The notes under the pieces are model-generated. The model ran no database searches, was not told the origin of the DNA, and saw only the letters and a program-made list of their open reading frames with translations. A stretch of 64,000 nucleotides of DNA from the NCBI GenBank assembly GCA_030264375.1, contig JASCQW010000072.1, positions 94,893,044-94,957,043 on the forward strand, in the 5' to 3' direction. The position numbers were made by a program, and so were the translations under genes. Within the stretch, counting starts at the first letter, position 1, and the number at the start of each line of letters is the position of its first letter. This document shows positions 62,320-64,000 of this stretch, in pieces. This DNA is from Carcharhinus longimanus. Its lineage: Eukaryota.

Positions 62320-62750
62320 GGAGATATAGAATTGGGAGTCCCTTGAACCTGCTCCTCCATTTGATAAGAATATGGCTGATCTAATTGTGGTCTCAACTTT
62401 ACTTTTCTGTCTACTCCTATAATCTTTTACTTCCTTGTCCATCAAGAATCCATCTCAGTCTTAAAAACATTTAATGATCTTTGCCTCCACAGCTCTTGGA
62501 GAAAGATATTCCAAATACAGACAACCCTCAGAGGAAAAAAAAAGTCCCCCAATCTCTATTTTTAATGGGAGATGTCTTATTTTGAAACTGTATCCCCTCA
62601 TCCTTGTGTATCCCATTAGGGGAAAACATACGCGTTTGAATGAGGACAAAGGGATTGGATGGGCTTTGAGTGAAGATAGGCTGAAGTAGATGTTACAGAA
62701 AATTAGAATATCTAATAGGCAGTTCTGTGCTGTACTATTCTGTGTTTCTA
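62320..62750. mobile_element. CR1 3' ends, minus (62320-62625) then plus tail
   Basis: TRMRGYSFKIR..AVEAK on minus; TTCTGTGCTGTACTATTCTGTGTTTCTATG tail on plus. Confidence 0.7.
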
Positions 62751-63139
62751 TGACAAACACTGCTGTGGGGAAACATTGAATGTTTATTATGTTGAATTAT
62801 TACATTAAGCCAAATTATACTGATATAATTGAGTCCAATTATAACTGTTAGTTTTCAGTTGCTGTGCATTTACCTAATCCACCTTCAAAAACACTAGACA
62901 GGTATGCAAAGATATACGTGGAAGACGCACACATATCCAGTTCAGATCTCAAAGGGTCACTAGCTTCACACCTGTAGGGTAATTTATTATAAGGTAGTGA
63001 GTAGTGCCAGTTAACATAACAGGCAGGGGATCCTAATACATACCTAACTAATGTTGTTGAACCCAAGAACATATCCATTGTAGATCCTAAATTTATAGGA
63101 TGTTTGCTGCAAATTGTGTATCTAATTTCTCAGAATCCT

Positions 63140-63985
63140 TCTGAACCACTTCTTGCAACATCTTGACCACGACCTGGTGCCAGAGAGTCAGCGTGTCTTT
63201 AGAAAAGTCAAGGAATCATCGACATGGTATTTGCAGTCAAACAATTTCATGAAAATGCCAAGAACATAAGGTGGATCTCTACACCAGTTTGGTAACCATT
63301 TTGTCCAAGCTTTGGGCCCAGTCAGCCATGAGGACTGTTGGAAGGTTCTGGAGAAATTCGATTGACCCAAGAAATTCATGGTTCCATGACAGCATGTTAA
63401 CATACATCCTGGAAGACGGTGAGTCTTCCGACCTATTCTCAGTAACTAATGGAGTTAGAGGACTGCATGCTGGTGCCAACTCTTTTCAACATGTTTGTCT
63501 ATGTCAGGCTCCCCAATACCTCCCATGACAGTAATCCTGAAATCAGATATCGCATGGACGAGAAGCTGCGCAATTTGAGATGATTTCAGGCAAAGACCAA
63601 AGACTTCCAAAGATATAGGCTGCAATTTCTTGTTTGTTGATGACCGTGCATGTTCTGCTCGGAACTGGAAGCTAGTACAGTGCAGCACGCACTTCACCTT
63701 CAACGCATACAACTTCAACTTTATGATCAGCATGAAGAAAATTGAAGTAATGTATCAGCCTGCTCTAAAAAAGTCAGAACCTTGAACCCAAGTCCACATC
63801 CAGAGCCTGTTAGCACAAGATAAGCTCGTTGGCCTCAGCACATGCTTCTCAAACTCTCTCAATAAGAGACACATGCAAGAATTGCCCAAAGCAAAAGGTA
63901 ATGTCTGGGAACAAAGCAGAGCAAATCTGCCTACCAAACTGAAAATCTATAGAGCAGTAGTCACGCTCACTCTGCTCTGTCCAGC
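63140..63985 (+). mobile_element. RTE-clade (BovB-like) LINE RT fragment, decayed
   Basis: LVPESQ..F, IDMVFAVKQ, DLYTSLV, FHDSMLTYILEDGESSDLFSVTNGVR, PTLFNM, FLFVDD.A, LPTKLKIYRAVV. Confidence 0.85.
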
Positions 63986-64000
63986 TGTGTCCAAACACCT

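Noticed and set aside
1-64000. CRISPR arrays, operons or other prokaryotic systems
   Set aside because: The sequence is vertebrate repeat-rich DNA with no regularly spaced repeat-spacer array or gene-dense region

Overview
Vertebrate, almost certainly cartilaginous-fish (shark) genomic DNA from a draft scaffold with many N gaps. The taxonomic call is inferred from HE1-like V-SINEs with HER1/CR1 tails, DeuSINE fragments and Penelope repeats. No intact protein-coding gene is visible, and nearly all ORF-track entries are decayed transposon or chance ORFs. The window is dominated by old, nested mobile elements: CR1 LINEs (at least two families), L2, Rex1/Babar, an RTE LINE, Penelope-like terminal repeats carrying decayed minimal hammerhead-ribozyme motifs, Gypsy RNaseH/integrase and LTR relics, a 212-bp solo LTR, MITE-like inverted-repeat elements and about 20 V-SINEs in two 3'-tail versions. 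The unique stretches hold several minus-strand splice donors and acceptors with promoter-like motifs. This suggests, by inference only, the 5' introns of a large unidentified minus-strand gene with alternative first exons. Repeat boundaries were placed by eye and are approximate.
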